Shown here piece by piece: positions 29,125 to 38,892 of a stretch of 40,000 nucleotides of DNA. The notes below the pieces were generated by a model, which had not been told where the DNA came from, did no database searches, and saw nothing but the letters and a program-made list of their open reading frames with translations. Every line of letters begins with the position of its first letter. Position 1 is the stretch's first letter. The position numbers were made by a program, and so were the translations under genes. This stretch comes from Buttiauxella massiliensis (GTDB taxonomy: Bacteria; Pseudomonadota; Gammaproteobacteria; Enterobacterales; Enterobacteriaceae), in NCBI RefSeq assembly GCF_902500225.1, contig NZ_LR722653.1, positions 151,909-191,908 on the forward strand, given 5' to 3'.

Positions 29125-31293
29125 TTACTTCGCATCAGATTTATATTCGTACTCGTAGTAACCGTAATCCTCGTACCCTGCCGCGCGGCGGAAGATGGAG
29201 TTGAGGATCACACCACGTACGGTGACGCCATTTTGTTCAAAGCGGCTAAGACTGGTTTCGACCTCTTTGAGCGTATTCACCGCGTAGCGCGCCACCATCA
29301 GCGTGGTGCCCGCATGGCGGCCCACAACGGCTGCGTCAGTAACGGCGAGAATCGGCGGGGTATCAATCAACACCAGGTCATAGCTTTTGCTTGCCCAGGC
29401 GATTAACTCCGCAAAGCGCTCACTCATCAGCAATTCAGAAGGGTTGGACGGCACTACACCGCGCGGCACAAGATCAAAATTTGGTACGGAGGTTTTTTGC
29501 GCACATCCGGTAATTTCCGCCTGGCCTGAAAGTACTTCAGCAAGACCGTTGTTGTTGGTGGTGCCCAGTAGTTCGTGGGTATAACCTTTGCGCATATCGC
29601 AGTCGATGAGCAGAACACGCTTATTGGTCTGGCTAATTACTGCAGCCAGGTTGGCACAAACAAACGTTTTACCAATCGATGGGCTAACTCCGGTCAGCAT
29701 CAGGACGTTATTGGATGCCTGCATCATGGCGAAATGAAGGCTGGTACGCAGGCTGCGAATCGCTTCGATGGCCAGATCCGTCGGGTTCCCCACCGCCAAC
29801 AGTTGGCTTTGCTTATTGCGCTTCGCCGCTTTGACGCTGCGCACAGTGGCGTTGTCGCGGGATTTCTGCCATTCAGAGAGCGGGATGCTGGCGTACACAC
29901 CAATCCCGGCCTCTTCGAGTACCGCTGGGCTTTCGATGCCACGGTTGAACAAGGAGCGTAACAGCACACCCATAACGGACAACATTAGGCCAAGAATAAT
30001 GCTGCCGAGAATAATCAGTGCACGCTGCGGTTTCACCATACCTGGTTGGGCAATTGCCGCATCGACGATACGTACATCACCAACGGTGCTGGCCTCAGTG
30101 ATTTTCAACTCTTGCTGCTTGTTCAACAGCTGCATGTATACCTGTTGACCAGACTCGACATCGCGCGTTAAACGAACGATTTCTTGCTGCGTTTTCGGCA
30201 TCGCGGTAACACGCCCGTTCAGGCGCGCTTTTTCATCAAGCAACGTCTGACGTTTTTCCAGCAAGGTGCGATAAGCCGGGTGAACTTTGGTATAGAGTTT
30301 GGAAATTTCAGCCTCTTTGAAGGTCAGTTCATTGAGCTGCGCATCAATGTTCACCATGGTGTCGAGCACGGATTTGGCTTCCAGTGACAGGTCAACCGAG
30401 TCTTGCTGTTGGCGATAAGCATTCAGTTTATTTTCGGCAGCATCGAGGCGGCTGCGTACCTCTGGCAACTGCTGCGCTAAGAATTGCAGGCTTTTAGCCG
30501 CTTCTTCCGACTTGCGTTGCACGTTCTGCGCCAGATAATTACGCGTGATGCTGTCGAGGATGGCGCGGATTTGGTCCTTGTCTTCACCGGTATAAGAGAG
30601 GCTTAACACGCCGGTATCTTTGCCGTTTTCAGCTACGGTCAGGCTGCCCTGAAGCTGATTTATCATGCCAAGCGTTGAGTATTTATTGACGGTAAAGGTA
30701 TCGCCCACTTGCGCTTTAATCGCACTGACAAGCATCGTGACGCCGCCTTGATTGAGCGTTTGCCCGACCTGCCCTTTGGCGCTAAAACCGTTGTCGTTAG
30801 TCAGCAAATACTGCGTTGGGCTAACCACTTCCACGGTAAATACATTTTTGGCCTGCCCTGCCGGGAGGTTAAAGGTATCAACAACGACGGTATCGTTCTG
30901 GCGGCCTTGCAGCCTGTCCCAGCCCGCGCCTAATAACCAGAAACTGTTTTTTTCGACTGAAATATCCAGGTTAAGATCGTCGACCGTTTTACCCAATACC
31001 AGGCGCGACTGAATCAGCTGCATCTCGGCGGCTGAAGCCGGCGGCTTGTTAGATAGCGCGGAACTGATGTCGTTGACCAGCGAGTTACCGGCGTTTTGTT
31101 CGATTTGCACCAGCGCATCGGCTTTATAGATTGGCGTGGCAAACATCGCGTAGACGGTCGCCAGAATCGCGAAAATTGCGGTGATCCCCAAAACCCACCA
31201 GCGGGCTTCAAGAACCGTTCCGAACAATCGGCCAATATCAATTTCGTCATTGCCCTCAGTCGGGGCGCTCGAACGGCGTGCTTTTTCTGTCAT
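29125..31293 (-). CDS. wzc: Wzc, tyrosine autokinase / polysaccharide co-polymerase (PCP-2a)
   Basis: 722 aa with two TM segments flanking a periplasmic domain. It has Walker A GVSPSIGKTF and a C-terminal Tyr cluster YEDYGYYEYEYKSD. Confidence 0.96.
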   Translation of the reverse strand: MTEKARRSSAPTEGNDEIDIGRLFGTVLEARWWVLGITAIFAILATVYAMFATPIYKADALVQIEQNAGNSLVNDISSALSNKPPASAAEMQLIQSRLVLGKTVDDLNLDISVEKNSFWLLGAGWDRLQGRQNDTVVVDTFNLPAGQAKNVFTVEVVSPTQYLLTNDNGFSAKGQVGQTLNQGGVTMLVSAIKAQVGDTFTVNKYSTLGMINQLQGSLTVAENGKDTGVLSLSYTGEDKDQIRAILDSITRNYLAQNVQRKSEEAAKSLQFLAQQLPEVRSRLDAAENKLNAYRQQQDSVDLSLEAKSVLDTMVNIDAQLNELTFKEAEISKLYTKVHPAYRTLLEKRQTLLDEKARLNGRVTAMPKTQQEIVRLTRDVESGQQVYMQLLNKQQELKITEASTVGDVRIVDAAIAQPGMVKPQRALIILGSIILGLMLSVMGVLLRSLFNRGIESPAVLEEAGIGVYASIPLSEWQKSRDNATVRSVKAAKRNKQSQLLAVGNPTDLAIEAIRSLRTSLHFAMMQASNNVLMLTGVSPSIGKTFVCANLAAVISQTNKRVLLIDCDMRKGYTHELLGTTNNNGLAEVLSGQAEITGCAQKTSVPNFDLVPRGVVPSNPSELLMSERFAELIAWASKSYDLVLIDTPPILAVTDAAVVGRHAGTTLMVARYAVNTLKEVETSLSRFEQNGVTVRGVILNSIFRRAAGYEDYGYYEYEYKSDAK

Positions 31294-31295
31294 TG

Positions 31296-31739
31296 TTATC
31301 CCTGATGAGCGTTGAGTGCGTTAGCCCATTTTTGGGCGTTCTGATCCAGAAGACCGTAAACCGCTTCAAAAGCGTCGTGGCTTTTGCGATACGGGTCGGG
31401 AATTTCCCGTTCCGCATCCCAGTGACCAAACAGCATCACTTTGCCGCGCATCTCTGGAGCCATTTCGCAAAGTGCGGAGATATGGCGTTTTTCCATGGCA
31501 AGAATCAGGTCGTATTCACGGCACATTTTGCCGGAAACCTGTTTTGCACAGTGCCCTTCAAGGGAAAGGTTATGCTGCTCGGCGACGCGAACAGCGCCAG
31601 CATCGGCCCCTTTCCCGACCAACGCCCCCAGCCCCGCTGATGTCACGGTGAGCTCCGGGTGATAGCTTTTGAGTAACCGTTCAGCGGTTGGGGAGCGGCA
31701 AATATTCCCCACACAGACAACCAATATTTTGTTGAACAT
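31296..31739 (-). CDS. wzb: Wzb, low-molecular-weight protein-tyrosine phosphatase
   Basis: 147 aa, with the LMW-PTP P-loop CVGNICRS near the N-terminus and a DP motif. Confidence 0.95.
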   Translation of the reverse strand: MFNKILVVCVGNICRSPTAERLLKSYHPELTVTSAGLGALVGKGADAGAVRVAEQHNLSLEGHCAKQVSGKMCREYDLILAMEKRHISALCEMAPEMRGKVMLFGHWDAEREIPDPYRKSHDAFEAVYGLLDQNAQKWANALNAHQG

Positions 31740-31745
31740 AAGGCG

Positions 31746-32879
31746 TTACCAGGTGTGGATGTCTTTGGCGGTATCCGTCATATAACGAACGCCACTGATC
31801 GTCGGCAGCAGTTGGTTAATCAGACGATTCCAACGCGTGACAGGTGCTGTGGTCACATACACCACATCGTAAGGTTGCAACTGGAATTCGGTACCCATCA
31901 CCAGCGAGGTCGCATCGGACATATCAAGCTGATAAATGTTGGCGATTTTACCGCCCTGCTTCTCTTTGATTGGGCGAATAACGAAGATGCCGCTAGCATT
32001 GGAAGCGGTCATATCCAAACCTTCTGCCTGGCCGAGCGCTTCGGTCAGCGTCATGCCGCTGAAGTCCATTTTCAGGGTGGTTTGTTTCTTCACTTCACCC
32101 ATCACGAACACTTTCAGATCGTCATTGCGCGGCACGAATAAAATGTCGCCGGGATAAAGCAGATGGTTCTGGCTCAGGTCGCCGTTTTGCATCAACGCTT
32201 GCAGGGAAATCCGTTTTTCCTGGCCGTTGTGCGTCAGCACCACATTGCGCCAGTCGGCCGCATCAGTCAGGCCGCCTGCGGCATTGATAGCGTCAAGAAT
32301 AGTGAGCGGTACGTTGGTAATTGGCTGCTGGCCGGATTTATTCACCTGGCCTGAGACATAGGCTTTTTGGGAGCGGAAGCCAGCGATATTAACGTCCACC
32401 TGCGGGTCAGCGATGTACGTCGCAAGGCGGCCGGTAATATCACTGCGGATTTCAGACAAGGTTTTACCCGCGACTTTTACTTTGCCGACATACGGATAGA
32501 ACATGGTGCCGTCTGACTGTACCCAGTTACCCGCATCGCTTGAGCTGCGGTATTGGCCCGCTGGAGTGGTGAGTTCTGGGTGATCCCAGACCGTGACATT
32601 CAGAACATCTCCTGGCCCCACACGGTATTGGTAAGCAGAGATCTCCTGGTCGAGAGACATATTTGGCTGCGCGACCGCTGGACGTACGCGTAATTGCTCA
32701 ACCAGACGCGGCGTCAACGGATACACGTTTACCATGCGGTCCAGATCAAAATCTGAATCCTGCTGCTTGATAACATCTTTCCCCATCGTAGACATATTGC
32801 TACCGGGGAGCACTGTGCAACCACTCATCAGGGTTACCGACACCAATAAAGGCATCAATTTAAGTTTGTATTTAATCAT
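31746..32879 (-). CDS. wza: Wza, outer-membrane polysaccharide export lipoprotein (OPX)
   Basis: 377 aa, with lipobox LMSGC and a PES motif region ([19 protein letters not shown]). Collinear with K-12 Wza. Confidence 0.95.
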   Translation of the reverse strand: MIKYKLKLMPLLVSVTLMSGCTVLPGSNMSTMGKDVIKQQDSDFDLDRMVNVYPLTPRLVEQLRVRPAVAQPNMSLDQEISAYQYRVGPGDVLNVTVWDHPELTTPAGQYRSSSDAGNWVQSDGTMFYPYVGKVKVAGKTLSEIRSDITGRLATYIADPQVDVNIAGFRSQKAYVSGQVNKSGQQPITNVPLTILDAINAAGGLTDAADWRNVVLTHNGQEKRISLQALMQNGDLSQNHLLYPGDILFVPRNDDLKVFVMGEVKKQTTLKMDFSGMTLTEALGQAEGLDMTASNASGIFVIRPIKEKQGGKIANIYQLDMSDATSLVMGTEFQLQPYDVVYVTTAPVTRWNRLINQLLPTISGVRYMTDTAKDIHTW

Positions 32880-33067
32880 TGAGTATTTATCACTATGGCA
32901 GAGTAATTATCCTGATCGAATAAAATAAGTGGCTCGTTAGGCTTATCAGTGAGATATAAAATTGGCCCCAAATGTAGATCTAACTAAATGGCATAATTCC
33001 TAAAAAGCACTTATTTAGACATCATGATGGCGACAGAATAACCGAGGCTTATTCTCTGGCCTTCGGG

Positions 33068-33105
33068 CATGCTACCGCCCCTGGCTTACAGTCACCAACC
33101 TACTG
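33068..33105 (-). promoter_or_regulatory. JUMPstart/ops element in the colanic acid (wza) leader
   Basis: The minus strand reads CAGTAGGTTGGTGACTGTAAGCCAGGGGCGGTAGCATG. ops GGCGGTAGCATG lies at 33079..33068, 189 nt upstream of the wza ATG. The 3' 14 nt are identical to the O-antigen copy at 8755-8768. Confidence 0.8.
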
Positions 33106-33304
33106 AAAAAAGACAATTTATAAGAAGTAACGATTCCAGGAAGTAAACCCAAAGAATAATTCTCTGGAGATAAGCCCTATGGCACCAGGTTAAATATCAC
33201 AGCTTCAGCGAATATAAAAAATACATCTAATATCAGACACCGATATCGATTGTTACAGCTAACCCTATATCAGGCAAGGTTCCACAGAACCAGACAGGGA
33301 CTTT

Positions 33305-33318
33305 TAAGAATAATATTA
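33305..33318. promoter_or_regulatory. Candidate RcsAB box upstream of the cps promoter (weak call)
   Basis: TAAGAATAATATTA matches about 11/14 positions of the RcsAB-box consensus TaAGaatatTCctA as I recall it. It lies about 200 nt upstream of the JUMPstart. A second weaker candidate, AAAGAATAATTCTC, is at 33151-33164. The AT-rich background makes chance matches likely. Confidence 0.25.
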
Positions 33319-33614
33319 ACGGCACATTTACACATGTTTAGGAATTTCTTTATATTGACAGAAAATTAATAAGTGATAAGTCGCAATGTGATATACAGAT
33401 ATATCTCATGTGAATTTCATTATAATAAGAGCCACTGAACTATTATTAAAAAATAATTAATCATTTACCTTAGTGATTAAATGGAATTAACCAGGCAATA
33501 TTTAACATTTAAAGGGCAACATGATTTATCCCACCCTGTGGCATTGCAATTTCCCGCGCGGTTAACCATCCTTTAAGTGTGACGTTTGTCATCTAACAAG
33601 AGGTGCATTAAGGC

Positions 33615-35195
33615 ATGGAATGGATTGCCGACCCCTCAATCTGGGCCGGATTGATAACGTTAGTCGTTATTGAACTGGTCCTCGGCATCGATAACCTGGT
33701 GTTTATCGCTATCCTTGCCGAAAAACTTCCCCCGAGCCAACGCGACAAAGCGCGCGTCACAGGCCTTATTCTTGCCATGTTGATGCGTTTGCTGTTGCTG
33801 GCTTCCATTTCGTGGCTGGTCACGTTAACCCGCCCGCTGTTCAGGTTTGGTGAGCTTGGTTTTAGCGCCCGGGATCTGATCATGCTCTTTGGTGGGCTAT
33901 TCCTTCTATTTAAAGCGACCGTTGAGCTCAACGAACGGCTTGAGGGTAAAGATAGCGAAAACCATACGCAGCGACGGGGAGCAAGGTTCTGGCCGGTAGT
34001 CGCGCAAATCGTCATTCTGGATGCGGTGTTTTCTCTCGATTCGGTGATAACCGCCGTGGGCATGGTCGACCATCTACCCGTGATGATGGCGGCGGTGATT
34101 ATCGCGATTTGCCTGATGCTGCTTGCCAGTAAAGCACTCACACGCTTCGTGAATAACCATCCTACTATTGTGATTCTGTGCCTGAGTTTCCTGCTGATGA
34201 TAGGCTTTAGCCTGGTCGCAGACGGCTTTGGCTACCATATCCCGAAAGGCTATTTATACGCTGCTATCGGCTTCTCGGTGATGATTGAGAGTTTAAACCA
34301 GCTGGCGATATTCAACCGCCGCCGCTTCTTGTCTGCCGATCAATCGTTGCGCCAACGCACCGCTGAAGCCGTGCTGCGTTTATTAAACGGTAAGAAAGAA
34401 GAAGCTGAACTGGATGCGCAAACCGCATCGCTGATCGCTGACCACGCCAGGCAAGATGAGATATTTGAACCACAAGAGCGGCTGATGATTGAACGCGTGC
34501 TTAATCTCAACCAGCGCACGGTGAGCAGCATCATGACCTCACGTCACGATGTCGAGCACATTAAACTGGCCGACCCGGAAGAACAAATACGAGCCTTGCT
34601 TGATAAGAACCAGCATACCCGCGTGGTAATAACTGGCGAAAGCGATGAGATTCTGGGCGTAGTACACGTCATTGATTTGCTCCAGCAATCACTCAAAGGC
34701 GAACCGCTCAACCTCGAAGTGTTAATTCGCCAACCACTTATCTTCCCGGAGACACTGCCTTTATTAGCGGCACTAGAGCAGTTCCGCAATGCCAGAACTC
34801 ACTTTGCCTTTGTGGTAGATGAGTTTGGTTCGGTAGAAGGTGTGGTGACATTGAGTGATGTGATGGAAACCATTGCCGGTAACTTGCCGAACGAAGCTGA
34901 AGAGATAGACGCGCGCCATGATATTCAGAAAAACCCTGATGGAACATGGACCGCAAACGGTCATATGCCGCTCGAAGACTTAGTGCAGTATGTGCCGATA
35001 CCACTGGATGACAAACGCAACTATCACACGATTGCAGGGCTGCTGATGGAGGCGTTACAACATATTCCGGTAACAGGAGAAGCTGTTCAGGTAGGGGATT
35101 TTCTGTTGCGGACATTGCAGGTGGAAAGCCATCGCGTACAGAAGGTACAAATTGTGCCGAAGACCCGCGACGACGAGATGGATTTTGAGGTGTGA
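33615..35195 (+). CDS. yegH: YegH, TerC-family inner membrane protein with CBS pair and CorC/HlyC C-terminal domain
   Basis: 526 aa, [39 protein letters not shown]... Roughly 85% identical to my recollection of K-12 YegH. It is divergent from wza as in K-12. Confidence 0.93.
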   Translation: MEWIADPSIWAGLITLVVIELVLGIDNLVFIAILAEKLPPSQRDKARVTGLILAMLMRLLLLASISWLVTLTRPLFRFGELGFSARDLIMLFGGLFLLFKATVELNERLEGKDSENHTQRRGARFWPVVAQIVILDAVFSLDSVITAVGMVDHLPVMMAAVIIAICLMLLASKALTRFVNNHPTIVILCLSFLLMIGFSLVADGFGYHIPKGYLYAAIGFSVMIESLNQLAIFNRRRFLSADQSLRQRTAEAVLRLLNGKKEEAELDAQTASLIADHARQDEIFEPQERLMIERVLNLNQRTVSSIMTSRHDVEHIKLADPEEQIRALLDKNQHTRVVITGESDEILGVVHVIDLLQQSLKGEPLNLEVLIRQPLIFPETLPLLAALEQFRNARTHFAFVVDEFGSVEGVVTLSDVMETIAGNLPNEAEEIDARHDIQKNPDGTWTANGHMPLEDLVQYVPIPLDDKRNYHTIAGLLMEALQHIPVTGEAVQVGDFLLRTLQVESHRVQKVQIVPKTRDDEMDFEV

Positions 35196-35208
35196 TTTAA
35201 ATAAAAAA

Positions 35209-35282
35209 GTCGGATGTCGCTGCGCTAATACGACCTACGAAATACAGTATTTGTAGGAGAGATTAGCGCAGCAACATCCGAC
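35209..35282. terminator. REP-like 30-nt-arm imperfect palindrome between convergent yegH and asmA (probable bidirectional terminator / mRNA stabiliser)
   Basis: GTCGGATGTCGCTGCGCTAATACGACCTAC (35209-35238) pairs with GTAGGAGAGATTAGCGCAGCAACATCCGAC (35253-35282), with about 25/30 positions complementary. The arms resemble the REP consensus. An A-run lies on the yegH side. Confidence 0.55.
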
Positions 35283-35293
35283 ATATGAAGTGA

Positions 35294-37138
35294 CTAAAGC
35301 TTATCTAGCAAATCTTTAACGTCTTTCGCTTTGCTGCTGTCTTTATGCTTGCCCAGCCAGTCATTCAGGCGACGTTTTGCTTCACTTTGCAACTGCTTAC
35401 GCAGTACCTGGTCCACTTGCAAAGAGTAATTCAGCTTCTGCCATGGCCCATAAACTCGCAGCGGGATTGGCGTGGTTTTCAGCACCTCAATCAACTTACT
35501 ATCCCCTTTCCAACCGTCAACTACGGTGACATCAAAGCGGGTATCGCACTGCTGCTTAACAAGATCAAGAGTCCCGACGCCTGTTAGCGCCAACATAGAA
35601 GATTCGCCAACCATTTTCTTAAGCGATAACTCACCATTATCGAGACTTGCATGCGCAGAGAAATTATCCAACATTGTGACATTGTCATAATTTCCCTGGG
35701 CCTGAACATCATCATTGCTGCGGGTTACTGCTTGCTGTATTAGCTGTTGGAAGTTCATACCCTGCATTGTGGTATGTAGCATCGTTATGCTCGCATCCCC
35801 TTGCCAGCTACGACGGAAAGCTTCGGCATTGAGTCTGTCACCGCTAAACTCCCCTTCCATTGATAGCAATCCAGACAACGCGATTGGGTAGTTAAACGCA
35901 GTCAGAATCGGCCCAATTTCTATGGCTTCCACTTTTGGGTTAAATGATAGTCGCGGCTGACTCTGGCGTGCATCAAGCTCGCCCGGGAATGACATACTCC
36001 CTTTGCCAAATTTCCCCATCAGTTCAGAAACCGTCAGCAAGCCATAATTGTTGGTTATTGCCGCTTGAACATCGGTGAAATCCAGTCCTCGCCACACCAC
36101 ACTGGACGCGGCAATGTTAACCTGGGCAGTAAAATCGCGCAGACTCTGGTAGTTGGTTTCTTCGACGCCGGAAGCAATGATCGGACGTGGTAGCGCATTT
36201 TGTTGCTGTGCCTGTTGCTGCACGTTGACATTCGTCACTGAGTTGCCAGCAACCAGACCATCCAGATTCAATTTACCTGAGCGTAAATCGATTACCCACT
36301 GCGTTTTGTCTTCCAGCACAGCACTGGCGTTACCTTGCAAGTCGCTATCATTGGCAGTCAATTGCAATTGATTAAGTTCAAGACGGCGCTGTGGCTCAAG
36401 CCAGCGTGCCGCAAAGGTTCCACTGCCCGTAACCCCTTTAGCGGGAAGGTCGGCACCTTGAAGCTGGTAATCGAGTTTGGAGATATTGGCACTGAGTTGC
36501 TGCGGATAATTGCTGGCATCAAGATCGGCCACCAATGACAAGGTCAGATCACGTTGGTCACGATTGATGCGGCTGCTCAGTTCAATGTGCGCTTGTTTTC
36601 GCTCATTCTGCTCCATTTGCACATTGATATTGCGCACCGTAATTTGTTCGTCATCAGCATGCTGGAAAACCAGCACACTGTCGGCAACTTTTAGTTTAGC
36701 TATGTCAAAAGACCAACCGCTGTCTTCATCAGGTGGAGGCGTTGGGGCCGACGGCCCGACAGGGGCATCTTTCGCACGGCGCTCTTCTGTCTGCGGAGTG
36801 AGTTGAATTACTGCACCTTTCAACATCACCTGGTGAACCTTAAGCTGATGAGAAAGCAGAGGTAATAAGGCAACATCCAGCCGCATATTGTCGGCACGCA
36901 CCAAGGGTTGGCTGGCACCTGGCGCGGTCAGAGACATACGCCCTGATAAAATACTAAGTTGTGGCCAGACGTGCCAACGCAGCGGCCCGTCTAAATCCAG
37001 TTGATAGCCACTGCGAGCTTCAACCTGGCCTACCATATATGCACGAAAATCATTGGGGTTAACCAATAACACCAACACAGAAAGGCCGGCAACCAGCACA
37101 ACCAGCAAAATCATCAGCGTGGTAAGTAATCGTCTCAT
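35294..37138 (-). CDS. asmA: AsmA, outer-membrane assembly / AsmA-like lipid transport protein
   Basis: ATG at 37138 gives MRRLLTTLMILLVVLVAGLS.LVLLVNPNDFR.YM..., equal to the K-12 AsmA N-terminus. The ORF-track start at 37153 adds 5 residues. The C-terminus ...LNYSLQVDQ.LRK.LQ.EAKRRLNDW is conserved. Confidence 0.93.
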   Translation of the reverse strand: MRRLLTTLMILLVVLVAGLSVLVLLVNPNDFRAYMVGQVEARSGYQLDLDGPLRWHVWPQLSILSGRMSLTAPGASQPLVRADNMRLDVALLPLLSHQLKVHQVMLKGAVIQLTPQTEERRAKDAPVGPSAPTPPPDEDSGWSFDIAKLKVADSVLVFQHADDEQITVRNINVQMEQNERKQAHIELSSRINRDQRDLTLSLVADLDASNYPQQLSANISKLDYQLQGADLPAKGVTGSGTFAARWLEPQRRLELNQLQLTANDSDLQGNASAVLEDKTQWVIDLRSGKLNLDGLVAGNSVTNVNVQQQAQQQNALPRPIIASGVEETNYQSLRDFTAQVNIAASSVVWRGLDFTDVQAAITNNYGLLTVSELMGKFGKGSMSFPGELDARQSQPRLSFNPKVEAIEIGPILTAFNYPIALSGLLSMEGEFSGDRLNAEAFRRSWQGDASITMLHTTMQGMNFQQLIQQAVTRSNDDVQAQGNYDNVTMLDNFSAHASLDNGELSLKKMVGESSMLALTGVGTLDLVKQQCDTRFDVTVVDGWKGDSKLIEVLKTTPIPLRVYGPWQKLNYSLQVDQVLRKQLQSEAKRRLNDWLGKHKDSSKAKDVKDLLDKL

Positions 37139-37161
37139 ACAATCCCCATACAAATGGCAAC

Positions 37162-37743
37162 TCAGTCCTTATCAATACGACTCGCCACAGCACCTTGCTG
37201 ATCGCGATATTTCGCGTCCTGACGACTGTTGTAAGGGCGTGCAGCAGGGCCTGAAAGCGGTTCAAAACTCAAAGCACCAATCATCATACCAGGACGCAGG
37301 GCTAAAGGCAGCTTACCGGAATTATAGAACTCCAGAACGATGCAGCCATGCCAGCCTGGATCGATACGGTGTGCGGTTACATGGACCATCAGACCCAAAC
37401 GCGCCAAAGATGAACGTCCGTCTAACCAACCGACTAAATCAGCGGGGATCGTTACGGACTCAAGCGTTACCGCTAAAGCCAGTTCGCCTGGGTGCAAATA
37501 GAATGCTTCGCCTTCATTGAGGACGATTTCGTCGCTCATGACCCGTTCCAGCGCTTCAGTCACTTCGTCTTTAGGACCGCTCAAATCTATAAACGGTGCC
37601 GTATGGCCGCTGAAAGTACGGAATTTGTTCCCCAAACGCACATCGACAGTAGCACCGCTAATGCGTTCAACTGGCGGACGAGGGGTAATCGTTAAGCGCC
37701 CGTCATCGAGCCAGGCTTCTATATCGCGGTCACACAAACGCAT
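37162..37743 (-). CDS. dcd: dCTP deaminase
   Basis: 193 aa, [21 protein letters not shown]... Highly conserved Dcd sequence and syntenic. Confidence 0.97.
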   Translation of the reverse strand: MRLCDRDIEAWLDDGRLTITPRPPVERISGATVDVRLGNKFRTFSGHTAPFIDLSGPKDEVTEALERVMSDEIVLNEGEAFYLHPGELALAVTLESVTIPADLVGWLDGRSSLARLGLMVHVTAHRIDPGWHGCIVLEFYNSGKLPLALRPGMMIGALSFEPLSGPAARPYNSRQDAKYRDQQGAVASRIDKD

Positions 37744-37895
37744 TAGTGATGCTCCTTATCTCAAGCTCAGTTTTGTTTACCCTGCCACAGCGGGGCTAAG
37801 ATAGCCACGCTACGAAGGGTAAATACCGGGATTACATTACGTTTTTGCGAGCGAATAAGTAGAACTCGTTCGCGAAAGGCTGTTAAGCCTGAAGA

Positions 37896-38537
37896 TTATT
37901 CAAAGAACTGACTGATTTTTGCCTTGAGGATATCAATGGCGATACGGTTTTTACCCCCGCGCGGCACGATAATATCGGCATACTGCTTGGAAGGTTCGAT
38001 GAATTGTAAAAACATAGGACGAACGGTTTTCTGATACTGGGCCATCACAGAGTCCATTGAACGGCCACGTTCGTTAACATCGCGTTTCATACGGCGCATC
38101 AGGCAAATATCCAGCGGCGTATCAACAAAAATGGAGAAGTTCATCTCTTCGCGCAGACGGGCATCCGTCAGCAACAAAATCCCTTCCAGAATGATGACTT
38201 TCTTTGGCATTAAGTGAACAGTGTTACCGGTACGGGTATGTTCAACATAGCTGTAGACAGGCAGTTCGATAGGGTTACCTGATTTGAGCATTTGTAAATG
38301 CTGAAACAGCAAGTTGTGATCCATCGCGTTTGGATGGTCGTAGTTGGTCTTAACTCGTTCTTCCATCGAAAGATGGCTTTGGTCTTTGTAGTAACTGTCT
38401 TCTGGAATGACACCAATGTGTTCATCACCAACTTGATCGCGCAGTTCGCGATACAGTGTGCTGGCAATAAGACTTTTTCCTGAAGCCGACGCACCGGCTA
38501 TCCCGATGATGACGCATTGATGGGACTTGTCAGTCAT
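37896..38537 (-). CDS. udk: Uridine/cytidine kinase
   Basis: 213 aa, with P-loop [11 protein letters not shown]. Highly conserved Udk and syntenic. Confidence 0.97.
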   Translation of the reverse strand: MTDKSHQCVIIGIAGASASGKSLIASTLYRELRDQVGDEHIGVIPEDSYYKDQSHLSMEERVKTNYDHPNAMDHNLLFQHLQMLKSGNPIELPVYSYVEHTRTGNTVHLMPKKVIILEGILLLTDARLREEMNFSIFVDTPLDICLMRRMKRDVNERGRSMDSVMAQYQKTVRPMFLQFIEPSKQYADIIVPRGGKNRIAIDILKAKISQFFE

Positions 38538-38892
38538 GTTGTAACGAGCCTTGTTGACTTAAATGTTGAGGAAGGGCGACGCAAAAGACGTCAAACGCGG
38601 CAATTATAGGGAGATCCGCCCGCTGATACCAGAGTAATGCACACGCAAGGGTGATTTTAACTGACAGGTATCAGGTAGGTGGAAGTCAATGAGTAACGAC
38701 TGTAAAAACATGGTTATTACTTGATGGTAAAAATAAGTATGTCAAATAACACTTTTTATTACTTCTTGGTGTTAAATTATGACCGGCCTGCATAGGAATT
38801 GTAAATTGTTTGTACTAGCATAAACCGAAACTTATCTTTTTATTTGCATCCGGGCATGGCACCTGGCGGCACGCCTTAACGGATTTGCGGTA

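Noticed and set aside
33608-34141. 177-aa minus-strand ORF overlapping the yegH 5' half
   Set aside because: It is antisense to the well-conserved TerC-family domain of YegH, and its product is Ser/Arg/Thr-rich without motifs.
37840-37875. Hairpin GCGAGCGA...TCGTTCGC between udk and dcd
   Set aside because: It is an 8-bp stem with one mismatch. On the transcribed (minus) strand it is followed by an A-run rather than a U-run, so it does not look like a terminator for udk. It is unremarkable otherwise.
38854-38870. Sigma54-like sequence TGGCACCTGGCGGCA about 25 nt upstream of the dgcE start
   Set aside because: The GG-to-GC spacing is one nucleotide short of the -24/-12 consensus (TGGCAC-N5-TTGC). 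The -12 element is GGCA rather than TTGC. The site would leave almost no leader, and no enhancer-binding-protein context is evident.
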